Shown here one piece after another: positions 30,923 through 41,554 of a DNA stretch of 64,000 nucleotides. The DNA is from Sulfolobales archaeon (GTDB lineage Archaea > Thermoproteota > Thermoprotei_A > Sulfolobales > AG1): assembly GCA_038867615.1 (NCBI GenBank), contig JAWBYA010000004.1:96001-160000 (forward strand), given 5' to 3'. How positions within the stretch are numbered: the first letter of the stretch is position 1; each line of letters opens with the position of its first letter. Below the pieces are notes generated by a model. It searched no databases. It was not told where the DNA came from and worked only from the letters and a program-made list of their open reading frames with translations. The translations under genes were made by a program, and so were the position numbers.

Positions 30923-31800
30923 ATGATCAATAATCTAGATCTTTTAGCGGGTTTTCTCACCCTAGAGCCTAGAGCCTCCTTAAGAAACCTAGAGGAAGAG
31001 TTGATATTAACTAACCTGCAGCATAAAGAGCTTTTCCAAGCATTATAGTGGAAACAGTGGTCTGGCTAATTGATGTTAGCAATTGGGATCCAGCTTCACA
31101 GTTTGTGAGGATAGACAAAATAGCAACAACTATACATAATGTGGATAGTGACATAACATGATGATTCAGTATCAATAATACCCTACATAGGGGAACCTTG
31201 AGCAGGGAATAGTCGAGGGTAGAGCAGAGAAGATGAAATTTTACATCTATTATAATAGATGTTTTTATGATGTAATGCTGGAATGTTTTTGTCGCTAAAA
31301 TGCCGTATATATGGATCCGGAGTGATTTACATGATAAAACAAGGGATAGCGCGTGTTCTATGATAGGGAGAGCATGGATTCTGCTTTACAGTAAACCCTG
31401 TCTTAGAGAATATGGAGAAACAATTAGGGAAAGTCGAGATATAGATATACAAAGGATGAGAAACTTCCTTGACGCTCATAGGTTGTAAGAACTGTTATCT
31501 TGCCGATATACATACGAAGATTTGCAAAGATCTTGTTGACATAGACTTTGCTATTAGTTCACTTCAATGCTGGCTCAGATTTGATGGAAGCATTACTCTA
31601 AGCCTTCTAAATAATAATCTAATGATCTATCGAATCCCGATAGGAGTTTCGTGTCATCTAGTTTGCAGCAAACGAGAAAAATACAGGGGTAAAGATCCCT
31701 TTAGACTGTATATAAGTCCTAGATATAGAAGAAAACAATCGATACATATCAAGGAGCAACAAGGCTACCTACCTCTTTAAAGCGTTATGAAAGACTAGTA
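30923..31800 (+). pseudogene. Possible decayed Lrp/AsnC-type regulator
   Basis: MINNLDLLAGFLTLEPRASLRNLEEEL...* resembles an AsnC HTH start; downstream frames are broken. Confidence 0.3.
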
Positions 31801-31894
31801 GGATCTTTTCTTTGCTATACATTGTAAAAATTCTTAGATAATTAGTACGGAATGCATAAAACACTCCTATTATTAACTTTTATTACCATTATTA

Positions 31895-33307
31895 TTGAAA
31901 ACCACTATGGTGCGATTGTTGGAAATAGGTAGGGAGGTATATGATGTCATAGTTATTGGCGGCGGTAATGCCGGTCTATGTGCAGCTATAAAAGCAGCTG
32001 AAGAAGGCTTAAGGGTTCTTTTGGTTGAGAGGGGCAGTATTATCGATAGGGGTGGGAATACTAAGTACACTAGAGACATTAGATATGCTCATGATAGTAA
32101 GGATAGATATACTACAGGAGCTTATCCCTCTGATGAGTTCCTTAAAGAGATAATAGATTTTACTAAGGGTAAAACAGACGTAGATCTAGCTAGGATCGTT
32201 GTCGAAAAATCCTATGAAATTCCTAGCTTCTTGGAGAAAGTTGGTGTTAAGCTTCAGGGAGCTCTCAAAGGTACCCTTCACCTCTCAAGAACAAACTTAT
32301 TCCTCCTCGGTGGAGGTAAGGCTATGCTTAATTCCTATTATAAAAAAGCTGGAGAGCTTGGTGTTGATATAATCTATGAATCAGCTTTAGAGGATCTGGT
32401 GATCTCTGGAGGAGAGTTCGAGGAAGCATTAATCTCCGTGAGGGGAAAAAGAATTAGTGTGAAGGGTAAAGCGATAGTAATCGCCTCGGGAGGCTTTGAG
32501 GCTAATATCGAGTGGCTTAAGAGGTATTGGGGAAATGCTGCCGAGAACTTTATTGTGAGAGGCTCTAGATATAACGACGGCATGGGATTAAGGATCCTGC
32601 TAGATAAGGGTGCAGAACCTGTGGGAGACCCTAAGGATATGCATGCAATGGCTGTGGATGCTAGATCACCTAAATATGATGGCGGGATGGTGACAAGAGT
32701 CGATGCAATACCATTCGGAATCGTCGTAAATAAGCATGGCAAGAGATTCTATGACGAGGGAGAGGATCTCTGGTCGAAGAGATATGCTATATGGGGTAAG
32801 CTTATAGCAGAGCAGCCTGACCAGATAGCCTTTGTGATCTATGATTCTAAATCACAAGGAATATTCATACCCCCGGCTTACCCCCCATATAGTGCTAACA
32901 CCATAAAGGATCTAGCAGAGATCCTGGGCATAGATCCCCAATCCCTAGAGAAGACGGTAGCTGAGTATAACTCTAGCATAGAATGCAGAAGATTCGATCC
33001 GTCAGGGCTTGATGCGTGTAGAACAAAAGGAATAGATCCTCCGAAAAGTCATTGGGCAAGACCCATAGATACACCTCCATTCTACGCGTATCGCCTAAGA
33101 CCAGGCATAACATTCACCTATATGGGTGTGAGAGTCGATAGAAGTGGGAGAGTCCTCATGAGAGGCGGAGGGAGATTTAAAAACATATTCGCTGCTGGAG
33201 AGATCATGATGGGTAACATACTATCAAGGGGCTATCTAGCAGGCCTGGGCCTTACCATCGGAACTGTATTTGGATGGATCTCTGGTGAGGGTGCTGGTAA
33301 TGTCTAG
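31895..33307 (+). CDS. tcuA: FAD-dependent tricarballylate dehydrogenase TcuA
   Basis: GGGNAGLCAA, RGGNTKYTRDIR, GTLHLSRTNLFLLGGGKA, RSPKYDGGMVTR, GEDLWSKRYAIWG, GEIMMGNILSRGYLAGLG. Confidence 0.92.
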   Translation: MKTTMVRLLEIGREVYDVIVIGGGNAGLCAAIKAAEEGLRVLLVERGSIIDRGGNTKYTRDIRYAHDSKDRYTTGAYPSDEFLKEIIDFTKGKTDVDLARIVVEKSYEIPSFLEKVGVKLQGALKGTLHLSRTNLFLLGGGKAMLNSYYKKAGELGVDIIYESALEDLVISGGEFEEALISVRGKRISVKGKAIVIASGGFEANIEWLKRYWGNAAENFIVRGSRYNDGMGLRILLDKGAEPVGDPKDMHAMAVDARSPKYDGGMVTRVDAIPFGIVVNKHGKRFYDEGEDLWSKRYAIWGKLIAEQPDQIAFVIYDSKSQGIFIPPAYPPYSANTIKDLAEILGIDPQSLEKTVAEYNSSIECRRFDPSGLDACRTKGIDPPKSHWARPIDTPPFYAYRLRPGITFTYMGVRVDRSGRVLMRGGGRFKNIFAAGEIMMGNILSRGYLAGLGLTIGTVFGWISGEGAGNV

Positions 33308-34415
33308 GGCTAATAACAGTATATATAAACTCGATCTGTACGATGAGGCGTCAAGACAGCTCCTCCTATGCAACGCCTGTAGATATTGCGAGGGCTACTG
33401 TGCTGTTTTCCCAGCCATAGAGAGAAGGATCTCGTATGATAAAGGTTATATAGAATATATAGCCAATCTATGCCATGACTGCAGGAGCTGCTACCCTGCA
33501 TGCCCTTACATCCCCCCTCACGAATTCTCGATCAATATACCCATGCTCCTCAGCTCTATAAGGCTTGAGATTTATGCCAAATACACTTACCCCGAGAAAT
33601 TATCAAGGATCTTCTTTAAGAGGCCATTAGCATCCAGCCTGGTTGTAACTCTTATCAGTATAGCCGTCATGTGGCTCCTCGCCATAATAGTCGGAGATCC
33701 TTCTCGAATCTTCCAGAAACACTTGTACAGCGGTTCCTTCTACACAATCTTCCCTCACTGGACAATAGTTGCAGGAGGCCTTACACTATTAATATACATA
33801 ACCACTATAATGGTTGTGAGTTCCGTGAGGTATTGGAGAGCTATAAATAGAAATTCAAGCAGATCTATCACTATTGGGGTTATTATAGGAGCATTATGGG
33901 ATGCTATCTCCCATAAGTACTTCAGGGGCGGTGGAGCTGGCTGTGAGTATCCAGGAGAATTTGGGGGTTACAGGAGACTTTATATGCATCTTTTCCTCTT
34001 CCTAGGCTTTTTACTAGCAACAATGGCAACTATAGTAGCTGCGATCTATCAAGAGGCACTTGGCATAATGCCTCCTTATGACTACCTATCACTCCCGGTG
34101 ATCCTTGGAACCTCTGGCGGGATACTAATAACCATTGGGTGCTTCACGCTAATCTACTATAAAGCGAGAAGTGCAAGAACACTTATAGAGAGGAAGATGG
34201 CAGAATTGGATAGATTCATGCTACTCCTAATAGGCCTAATATCACTTACAGGGGTAGTCTTACTCATCTCAAGAGACACAGAGTATATGGGCTCGCTATT
34301 CATAACCCATATGGGGCTTGTTCTAGCCCTCTTCCTACTAGCCCCATATAGCAAGCTAATCCACATACCGTATAGAATCCTATCCTTAGCTAAGTATAGA
34401 CTAGAAACCGGGTAA
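33300..34415 (+). CDS. tcuB: Tricarballylate utilisation 4Fe-4S membrane protein TcuB
   Basis: CNACRYCEGYCAVFPA, ANLCHDCRSCYPACPYIPPHEF, PYSKLIH; start ATG at 33300 overlaps the tcuA stop. Confidence 0.93.
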   Translation: MSRANNSIYKLDLYDEASRQLLLCNACRYCEGYCAVFPAIERRISYDKGYIEYIANLCHDCRSCYPACPYIPPHEFSINIPMLLSSIRLEIYAKYTYPEKLSRIFFKRPLASSLVVTLISIAVMWLLAIIVGDPSRIFQKHLYSGSFYTIFPHWTIVAGGLTLLIYITTIMVVSSVRYWRAINRNSSRSITIGVIIGALWDAISHKYFRGGGAGCEYPGEFGGYRRLYMHLFLFLGFLLATMATIVAAIYQEALGIMPPYDYLSLPVILGTSGGILITIGCFTLIYYKARSARTLIERKMAELDRFMLLLIGLISLTGVVLLISRDTEYMGSLFITHMGLVLALFLLAPYSKLIHIPYRILSLAKYRLETG

Positions 34416-34683
34416 GACGACAGCTCATCACGAGCCTAAGATCCATAACATTATACGTAGCATTAACTTCGATCTGTTGCCGCGTTTCTCCTAATTTCTT
34501 TTAACACCACATATAAGATCCTTGACGATGCATGAAATAATACCCAAATTAAACAGAGGTTCCGTTAGTGTAACCAAGGGGCAAAGAGAATGGTAGCTAA
34601 TAGATCACTTGATGCTATATAGACTAAGGGGTCGTGAGGACTCTTCAGTTTGAGATTACCTAATTAGAGTTTTACCTTATATA

Positions 34684-35661
34684 CTATGTTTTCTTAAATG
34701 GTTTCATTAGGGCTGATGGGGGTTTTGCTCTTCTTCCCAGTACTAGGATTATCAGTATTACTGCTATGTATGGTATCATGTTGAAGAAGTAGTATCTTCT
34801 AGCAAGTTCTAGGCTGCTGGATGCTATGCTTAGCTGTAGTGCGTCTATATATGAGAGTGCTAGTGATGCTATGAAGGTTCTCACAGGATCCCAGTTTCCT
34901 GCGTATATCATTGCGAGTGCCATGAAGCCTCTGCCGGCTGTCATGCCATGTCTGAAGTCTCCTAGGTATGATATTGATAGATAGGCTCCTGCTATCGAGG
35001 CCATTATTCCTCCATATATTGTGGCAAGGATCCTAACCCTGTTGACATTAATCCCTATGGCATCTGCAGACGCTGGATCCTCTCCAACCGAGGTTACTGT
35101 TAAGCCCCACAGTGTTTTTCTGAGGAAGATATAGGTTATCGGTACAAGGGCTAGAGAGACCACTACTAGGGGGCTTGTTAGTGATACGACGAGCTCTGCA
35201 ACCTCTCTTGAACCGAGGATCGGGGTTATGCTACTCACGCTCAATGGGCTTCCAAGGGTTTTCACAGAAACCCCTACAGGGGCCATTGAGTTATATAGAG
35301 CCCCAGTTACTCCCAGTCCGAAGAGCCAGAGCCCGAGGCCTGCAGCAGCCTGGTTAACTCCGAGAACCACCGCTATGTATGAGAAGAAAATGGAGATCAC
35401 GAGTCCCGAGAGTATGGCTGCTAGAAGTCCTGCTAGTGGATCACCATATGCTACTGTAACCATATATGCTGTGAAAGCTCCCACCAGCATTATACCCTCG
35501 ATACCCAGGTTGAGGACACCGCTTTTCTCTGTTACGAGCTCGCCCATGCTTGCAAACAGTATTGTTGGAAGGATTCTGAGGGATATTGCTAGCGAGATAA
35601 GCAAAATGGGGGTTGTTATGAGGAGCTCGAGAGATTTTATAAGCTCAGGCGGTAGCTGCAC
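34684..35661 (-). CDS. Nucleoside/purine ABC permease II
   Basis: EKSGVLNLGIEG, GEDPASADAIGINV, TAGRGFMALA; likely GTG start at 35661. Confidence 0.93.
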   Translation of the reverse strand: MQLPPELIKSLELLITTPILLISLAISLRILPTILFASMGELVTEKSGVLNLGIEGIMLVGAFTAYMVTVAYGDPLAGLLAAILSGLVISIFFSYIAVVLGVNQAAAGLGLWLFGLGVTGALYNSMAPVGVSVKTLGSPLSVSSITPILGSREVAELVVSLTSPLVVVSLALVPITYIFLRKTLWGLTVTSVGEDPASADAIGINVNRVRILATIYGGIMASIAGAYLSISYLGDFRHGMTAGRGFMALAMIYAGNWDPVRTFIASLALSYIDALQLSIASSSLELARRYYFFNMIPYIAVILIILVLGRRAKPPSALMKPFKKT

Positions 35662-36739
35662 TAGGCCTCCACCCCCTGATATACTCCACAATTGTTATAG
35701 CTACCATAACAGTTCCAACAAAAACCCATGTTATCGCGTAAGGCGCGCCACTAACCCTTTGCAAGCTCTCGCTACCGATTATCACGAACGATATGAATAT
35801 AGATGCGAGAGCCGTGCCAACGATCTTCGCCCTTCCAAGGGCTGCTGCGAGGACCGCTAGGTAGCCAAACCCATGATCTATCTGTCCCGAGTCAAGTCTA
35901 TAGAGCACCCCCATGATATGGAGCGCTCCTGACAAACCTGCTGTAAAGCCTGCAAAGAGCATTAAGGCCACAACGATCCTAAATACATTTATACCTGCAT
36001 ACGAGGCAAGCCTCCAGCTCCTCGCAACAACCCCCAAGTGTGTTTCTAACGGTGATCTCTCAACAACTATATAGAGTATGATAGCCATAGCTAGTGTGAT
36101 AAATAGTGCATAGCTAAGCCTAGTATCCTCCCACACAAAACCAACACCGGAGGACGTCTCGATTGCTCTAGGGTATTTCAGCAGGGCTGGAAATCTCAAC
36201 TCGCTTGGCAGAACATCGGAGAGAAGATAGCCAAAGGAACCCTGCCCCCTTATAGGACCGTCGAGGGCGTAGAGAGTAAAGCTTGACGCCACGATGTTTA
36301 GAAGAAGAGTCGTGACAATCTCATTAACACCAAACCTAGCCTTGAGCAGAGCAGGCACCAAAGCCCAGGCCATTGCGAAAAACCCTGCTCCCAGCATCAT
36401 TGTAGTCATTGTGAGGGCTGGATGAGGTGTTGAGAGGCTCTTAGCTATGAAGAGAGTCATTACAGCGCCTACTAGGAATTGCCCCTCACCCCCGATATTC
36501 CATAGCCCGGCTTTGAGGGCTATAGCCACGCCTAGAGCTATAGTATAGATCGCTATGAATCTAACAAGCACCTCTGAGAAATTAAACAAATCTGCGAATG
36601 GCGAGACCGCCAGAATACCCAAGGAATCGAGGAACCCTATGTTATATGTAATTGCTACCGTTGATGCAGCCATAAATCCTGCTAGGATTGCTACTATATA
36701 TAACGTGATCGTGAGGAAAGCCTCTTTAGCCCTCTTCAT
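35645..36739 (-). CDS. Nucleoside/purine ABC permease I
   Basis: AGLWNIGGEGQ, LKARFGVNEIVTTLLLN, ASYAGIN. Confidence 0.93.
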   Translation of the reverse strand: MKRAKEAFLTITLYIVAILAGFMAASTVAITYNIGFLDSLGILAVSPFADLFNFSEVLVRFIAIYTIALGVAIALKAGLWNIGGEGQFLVGAVMTLFIAKSLSTPHPALTMTTMMLGAGFFAMAWALVPALLKARFGVNEIVTTLLLNIVASSFTLYALDGPIRGQGSFGYLLSDVLPSELRFPALLKYPRAIETSSGVGFVWEDTRLSYALFITLAMAIILYIVVERSPLETHLGVVARSWRLASYAGINVFRIVVALMLFAGFTAGLSGALHIMGVLYRLDSGQIDHGFGYLAVLAAALGRAKIVGTALASIFISFVIIGSESLQRVSGAPYAITWVFVGTVMVAITIVEYIRGWRPSAATA

Positions 36740-36810
36740 GAGATTCCCCAGCCTCCGGTAAGTGGTGATCAGAGAAATATAAAAAGAGCCATAAACTTTA
36801 GGACTATCTC

Positions 36811-38004
36811 TTATCCCTTAAATGTTACCTTAGCAGCTGTTGGCTTGCACTCTGGAAGATCTGGGTTATCGAAGCATTTGAAAACCCCTTTAGCCGGATC
36901 TACGTCGAAGTATATCTTCAGAAGCCCCATCAATATCATGTTCTGGTATCTCAAGGCCTTGCTTTTCACATCCTCAGGAACCTTCGGTCCAAAGCTGACC
37001 TTGATTATTCCTGAAGCCATTGTGGCTGTGAGGAAACCATATTGCCAGTTATCTGTGACTTTATCTACGAGTGCCTTTGAAAACACCACATCCCAGTTAA
37101 ACACTATAGATCCTAGGAGCGTGTCCATAGGCTTAACCCTAGGTATATCCACATATACCGTTGTGAACCACGCCTTCCTCTCAGAAGCTGCTAGGGATAC
37201 ACCAACGTCTATACCATCGCCGCTCGAGAATATAACATCAGCTCCCTGTGCTATAAAGCTCTCCGCAGCTCTCCTAGCCCCAGCCACGTCCGCCCATGAG
37301 AGCGGTGCGTAGTACTCGAGGAACCTTACGTTGGGGTTAACTAGGAGGACGCCCGCTTTGAATGCCTCGTGCCCAGCCCATATGGATGGAACCCTTCCAC
37401 CGCCTATGAGGCCTATAACATTGCTTTTGGTTAAGAGGCCTGCAGCAATTCCGAGGACAAAGGCGCCTTCCTCCAGAGTCATCCATATATTATAAACATT
37501 CGGTGCTCCTATCTGGAAGCAGTCAACACATACAAACAAAGTCTTAGGGAATTGGGGTGCTATTTTCTGAGCCATCTCCATATACTGTATCCCCTGGAGT
37601 ATTATCACATCATAACCCCTCCTAGCAAGATCGATAGCTACTGGTTCTGCCTTAGTCCCGTCGAAAAGCTGCCTATGTATAGATAGATTGAATCCATAGA
37701 TCTCCTGGAGTTTTGTGGCTGCATACCATGCAGCATAGTTCCATGACAGATCCGTCTCGTCTATTGGCAATATAAGCCCTACTTTAAGCTGTGATAGGGG
37801 TGACGCGGCTCTCGCAGCAGGACTCGCTGTAACTGTAACATACGATGTTACGGTCTGTGTAGCCTGGGCAGCACCTGGTACCGTAACTGTCTGTGTTACT
37901 ACACTCGGTGTTCTCACCCATCCATATGCTGCTACTCCTGCCAGTATCACTATTACTATTAATAAACCCAGTGTTTGCATAGATACTCCAAGACGGTTTG
38001 CCAT
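36811..38004 (-). CDS. BMP/PnrA family substrate-binding protein
   Basis: DLSWNY, EGAFVLGIAAGLLTKSNVIGLIGG, QGADVIF. Confidence 0.9.
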   Translation of the reverse strand: MANRLGVSMQTLGLLIVIVILAGVAAYGWVRTPSVVTQTVTVPGAAQATQTVTSYVTVTASPAARAASPLSQLKVGLILPIDETDLSWNYAAWYAATKLQEIYGFNLSIHRQLFDGTKAEPVAIDLARRGYDVIILQGIQYMEMAQKIAPQFPKTLFVCVDCFQIGAPNVYNIWMTLEEGAFVLGIAAGLLTKSNVIGLIGGGRVPSIWAGHEAFKAGVLLVNPNVRFLEYYAPLSWADVAGARRAAESFIAQGADVIFSSGDGIDVGVSLAASERKAWFTTVYVDIPRVKPMDTLLGSIVFNWDVVFSKALVDKVTDNWQYGFLTATMASGIIKVSFGPKVPEDVKSKALRYQNMILMGLLKIYFDVDPAKGVFKCFDNPDLPECKPTAAKVTFKG

Positions 38005-38101
38005 AATATATCTCCGGTGAGTGTAGCAATTAGGGGTTAATAAACATTGCTATTCATTACGGTACTATTCTTCGATTTCTAACCATTAGTATTTATTCTT
38101 A

Positions 38102-38119
38102 TAATATATTAATATATTA
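38102..38119. promoter_or_regulatory. 18-bp perfect AT palindrome in a divergent promoter
   Basis: TAATATATTAATATATTA midway between the BMP gene and its ATPase. Confidence 0.4.
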
Positions 38120-38223
38120 ATCTATGCAGATATATCGATACATTATCTTTGAGCTTTTGATTTTATAGCACTATTATATAAATCCCAGATTAGGATAAGT
38201 GAAAATGACAGGGCTGACAGACC

Positions 38224-39798
38224 GTGGGCGAGAAAGGTAAAGAGCACGTGATCCTAAAGGCCGTTGGAATAACTAAGAGGTTTGGGAGTATTATTGCTAA
38301 CAACAATATCTCGCTGGAATTGTATAAGTCAGAGATCCACGGACTCTTGGGCGAGAACGGGTCTGGAAAAACCACGCTATGTAGGATCATCTATGGGCAG
38401 TTGAAACCAGACTCGGGTAAGATCTATGTTGACGGTATTGAGACGAGGTTCAACAGCCCAAGGGATGCTATAAGAGCTGGGATAGCTATGGTTCACCAGG
38501 AGCTCTCATTAATACCAACCCTAACTGTGTCTGAGAACGTAGCGCTTGCAAAGATGAACAGCTTCAAAATACCGAGAGAGAAGATCTATGAGGAGATCCT
38601 CGAGCTTGGCGAGAGGTTCGGGATAAAGGTGCCTCCCGATGTACCTATAAACAGGCTCTCATATGGCGAAAGACAGAGGGTAGAGATCCTCAAGGCCCTA
38701 TCCTTAGGCGCAAGGATACTAATCATGGATGAGCCCACAACCTATTTAACCAATATAGAAAGCGAAGATCTATTTAAATCGCTTAAGAACATGGTCTCTG
38801 AAGGGCTAACAATATTATTCGTGTCCCACAGAATCAACGAGATCCTATCCATAACCGATAGAGTAACTATCCTGAGGGCCGGAAAAGTAGTTGGCAGCGG
38901 TATCACCAAAGAACTCTCCAGGGAAAAGCTTGTAGAGATGATCGTTGGTAATAGGATTGCCGAGAAAACCCCTGCCTCTTCAGAGGAGACTTCCGCAGGC
39001 GAGGTCGCAATATCGATCAGGGATCTATATGTTATGGGCGACGTGGGTCAAACATCTGTAAACGGTGTGAACCTAGATCTATACTACGGCGAGGTTCTGG
39101 GAATAGCTGGTGTCGAGGGTAATGGGCAGAGAGAGCTCGTAGAAGCCATAATAGGGTTGAGAAGACCGCTAAGAGGGTCTGTGAAGATAAATAACGTTGA
39201 TGCAAGCAACTTTACCCCCAGAAAGATTAGGGAGCTCGGGGTTGCCTATGTACCAGAAGATCCTGGAGTGGCGCTCGTCCTAGACTACCCGATCTTCAGA
39301 AACCTGATCATCTCCCCAATAGTTACCAACATGTATCTCAAAGGAAAGATCCTTCTCGATATTAACAGGGTTAAAGAAGCCATCAGAGCCTTGATAAAGA
39401 TCTACTCAATGAGGGTTGAAAAACCAGAGCAGATAACATCGACACTCTCTGGCGGGACTAAACAGAAGCTCGTGGTGGGGAGAGAACTACACGTAGAACC
39501 AAAGATCCTTATACTATATAACCCAAGCAAAGGGCTAGATGTCGCGACTTCGGAGCATCTGAAACAGATAATAATAAACGAGAAGAAGAAGGGTAAGGCC
39601 GTGCTTATCTACTCAGCAGATCTTGACGAACTAGTGGAAATGAGCGACAGGATAGCTGTAATGTATGGCGGAAGAATAGTAGCAATATTTAGAAAAAATG
39701 ATGAGGATCTTCTATACAGAATCGCCCATACAATGACAACAGGCAATGATCCTGGGGCTAGGAAGAAACAACCAGATCGATCTATAGCGCCTGAATAG
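38224..39798 (+). CDS. Nucleoside/sugar ABC ATPase (two ABC domains, CUT2 type)
   Basis: GENGSGKT, LSYGERQRVEILKAL, GIAGVEGNGQREL, LSGGTKQK. Confidence 0.94.
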   Translation: MGEKGKEHVILKAVGITKRFGSIIANNNISLELYKSEIHGLLGENGSGKTTLCRIIYGQLKPDSGKIYVDGIETRFNSPRDAIRAGIAMVHQELSLIPTLTVSENVALAKMNSFKIPREKIYEEILELGERFGIKVPPDVPINRLSYGERQRVEILKALSLGARILIMDEPTTYLTNIESEDLFKSLKNMVSEGLTILFVSHRINEILSITDRVTILRAGKVVGSGITKELSREKLVEMIVGNRIAEKTPASSEETSAGEVAISIRDLYVMGDVGQTSVNGVNLDLYYGEVLGIAGVEGNGQRELVEAIIGLRRPLRGSVKINNVDASNFTPRKIRELGVAYVPEDPGVALVLDYPIFRNLIISPIVTNMYLKGKILLDINRVKEAIRALIKIYSMRVEKPEQITSTLSGGTKQKLVVGRELHVEPKILILYNPSKGLDVATSEHLKQIIINEKKKGKAVLIYSADLDELVEMSDRIAVMYGGRIVAIFRKNDEDLLYRIAHTMTTGNDPGARKKQPDRSIAPE

Positions 39799-39944
39799 CC
39801 AACCACATGATCCCGACTATCCATTCTCGATAATCCGGTCTAAAAATCCACATGATATATCCTAGACCTCAAACGATGCGAATATAGATGGAAAACCCCA
39901 TATCTTCTCCCTAACTAGCCTGGAAGCGCTCAATCGCCCATACC

Positions 39945-41177
39945 CTATTTTGAGGACGCTATAGCGATCCCGCTGCTGATGAGCTTTTCTATTTCGCTGT
40001 CCCCATACCCAAGCTCTCTGAGGATCTCTACTGTATGTTCTCCCAGGAGCGGTGGGGGTCTATAAACCCTGCCAGGTGTTCTGCTCATCTTTAGCGGTGT
40101 TCCCAGGGTCTTGAATCTTCCATACTTTGGATGTTCAAGCTCGATCACCATTTTCCTATGCATCACATGGGGATCGCCGAGAGCCTCGCTAACCTTGTTC
40201 ACGGGGGCCACGGGGATCCCTGATTTCTCGAGGATCTCAATCCACTCTCTAGTTGTTCTGGTTTTAAATGTTTTCTCAAGCTCTTCTACAAGCTGGGCCC
40301 TGTTTCTAACCCTGTCGGGGTTGCTGGCGAATCTCGGGTCTCCCAATAGATCTTCTCTCCCTATTGCTCTAGCGAATACTTGCCAAAGTCTATCATTCCC
40401 CACACCCACAACTATATAGCCATCCTTTGTCTCTAGAGCCTGGTATGGTGCTATGCTTGGGTGGGCTGAGCCTAGGCGCTCAGGATCTCTCCCTGTGGCG
40501 AGGTAGTTGAGGGCTTGGTGTGATAGGATTAGGATCTGTGTGTCCAGGAGGGAGAGATCTATATACTGCCCCTCCCCCGTCCTCTCCCTATGATATAGAG
40601 CTGCCAGTATAGCTACAGCAGCCATGATCCCCGTAGTTATATCGGCTATCGGTACACCGAACTTCACCGGAGGTCTCCCAGGCTCGCCAGTTATATCCAT
40701 AAGCCCACTCATTGCGAGGGCTATCAAATCATACCCAGGCTTATCCCTATAAGGACCTTCCTGACCAAAGCCAGATATGCTGCAATATATTATCCTCGGA
40801 TTTATCTTCGAGAGCCTCTCATACCCTATACCAAGCCTATCAGCAGTCCCCGGCCTGAAATTCTCAACAACTATATCAACGCTTCTGGCAATCCTGTCAA
40901 TGATCTCTAGGGCTCCGGGTTTCTTAAGATCTATAGCAATACTCCTCTTATTCCTGTTAACACTTATGAAGTAAGCAGACACACCATTAATATCAGGAGG
41001 CATCCAGCTCCTCGACTCATCACCCTCAGGAGGCTCCACCTTGATCACATCAGCCCCAAGATCTCCTAACAACATTGTAGCAAAGGGGCCAGCCATAGCT
41101 CTTGTAAAATCGAGAACCCTGATACCCTCCAAAGGAGTGCTAATCACACATTTTCCCCATTTATTGAGATGATGCAA
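39945..41177 (-). CDS. CoA-transferase family III (CaiB/BaiF/Frc-like)
   Basis: [47 protein letters not shown] catalytic Asp. Confidence 0.95.
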   Translation of the reverse strand: MHHLNKWGKCVISTPLEGIRVLDFTRAMAGPFATMLLGDLGADVIKVEPPEGDESRSWMPPDINGVSAYFISVNRNKRSIAIDLKKPGALEIIDRIARSVDIVVENFRPGTADRLGIGYERLSKINPRIIYCSISGFGQEGPYRDKPGYDLIALAMSGLMDITGEPGRPPVKFGVPIADITTGIMAAVAILAALYHRERTGEGQYIDLSLLDTQILILSHQALNYLATGRDPERLGSAHPSIAPYQALETKDGYIVVGVGNDRLWQVFARAIGREDLLGDPRFASNPDRVRNRAQLVEELEKTFKTRTTREWIEILEKSGIPVAPVNKVSEALGDPHVMHRKMVIELEHPKYGRFKTLGTPLKMSRTPGRVYRPPPLLGEHTVEILRELGYGDSEIEKLISSGIAIASSK

Positions 41178-41242
41178 AGAATATAAAACACATACAGGCT
41201 ATATAGATTTCCACACATTTCACGAGAATCGCTAGCCTATAA

Positions 41243-41522
41243 CTGTTTGTCCTTGGATGTTCATTCCAATCACTTTATTTTTATTCATGGTCACATCCAG
41301 GGACTTCCACCTCTACCCTCAGGATCTCATCCTGCTGGTTCATGGGCGGCCGTTGAGCCAAACGGCACTTAACCCCCATCTAGCTTCAAGGGATCATTCT
41401 CTGGATGGCTTAGAGCAATGTTTCCATTACTATCCAGGATCGATATAGAGACCAAATCATCAAGAAAAACCACCCCAATCAAAGCCTATAAATACTTTTT
41501 ACAAATACCAAAAAGAAAATAG
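41243..41522 (-). mobile_element. Non-autonomous ~280-bp element, copy D
   Basis: ctgtttgtccttggatgttcattcc...ggttcatgggcggccgttgagccaaacggcac...aaagcctat...ataccaaaaagaaaatag aligns to copy A at both ends. Confidence 0.72.
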
Positions 41523-41554
41523 CCCTATATATAGTATTTGGGAAAAAATCTAGA

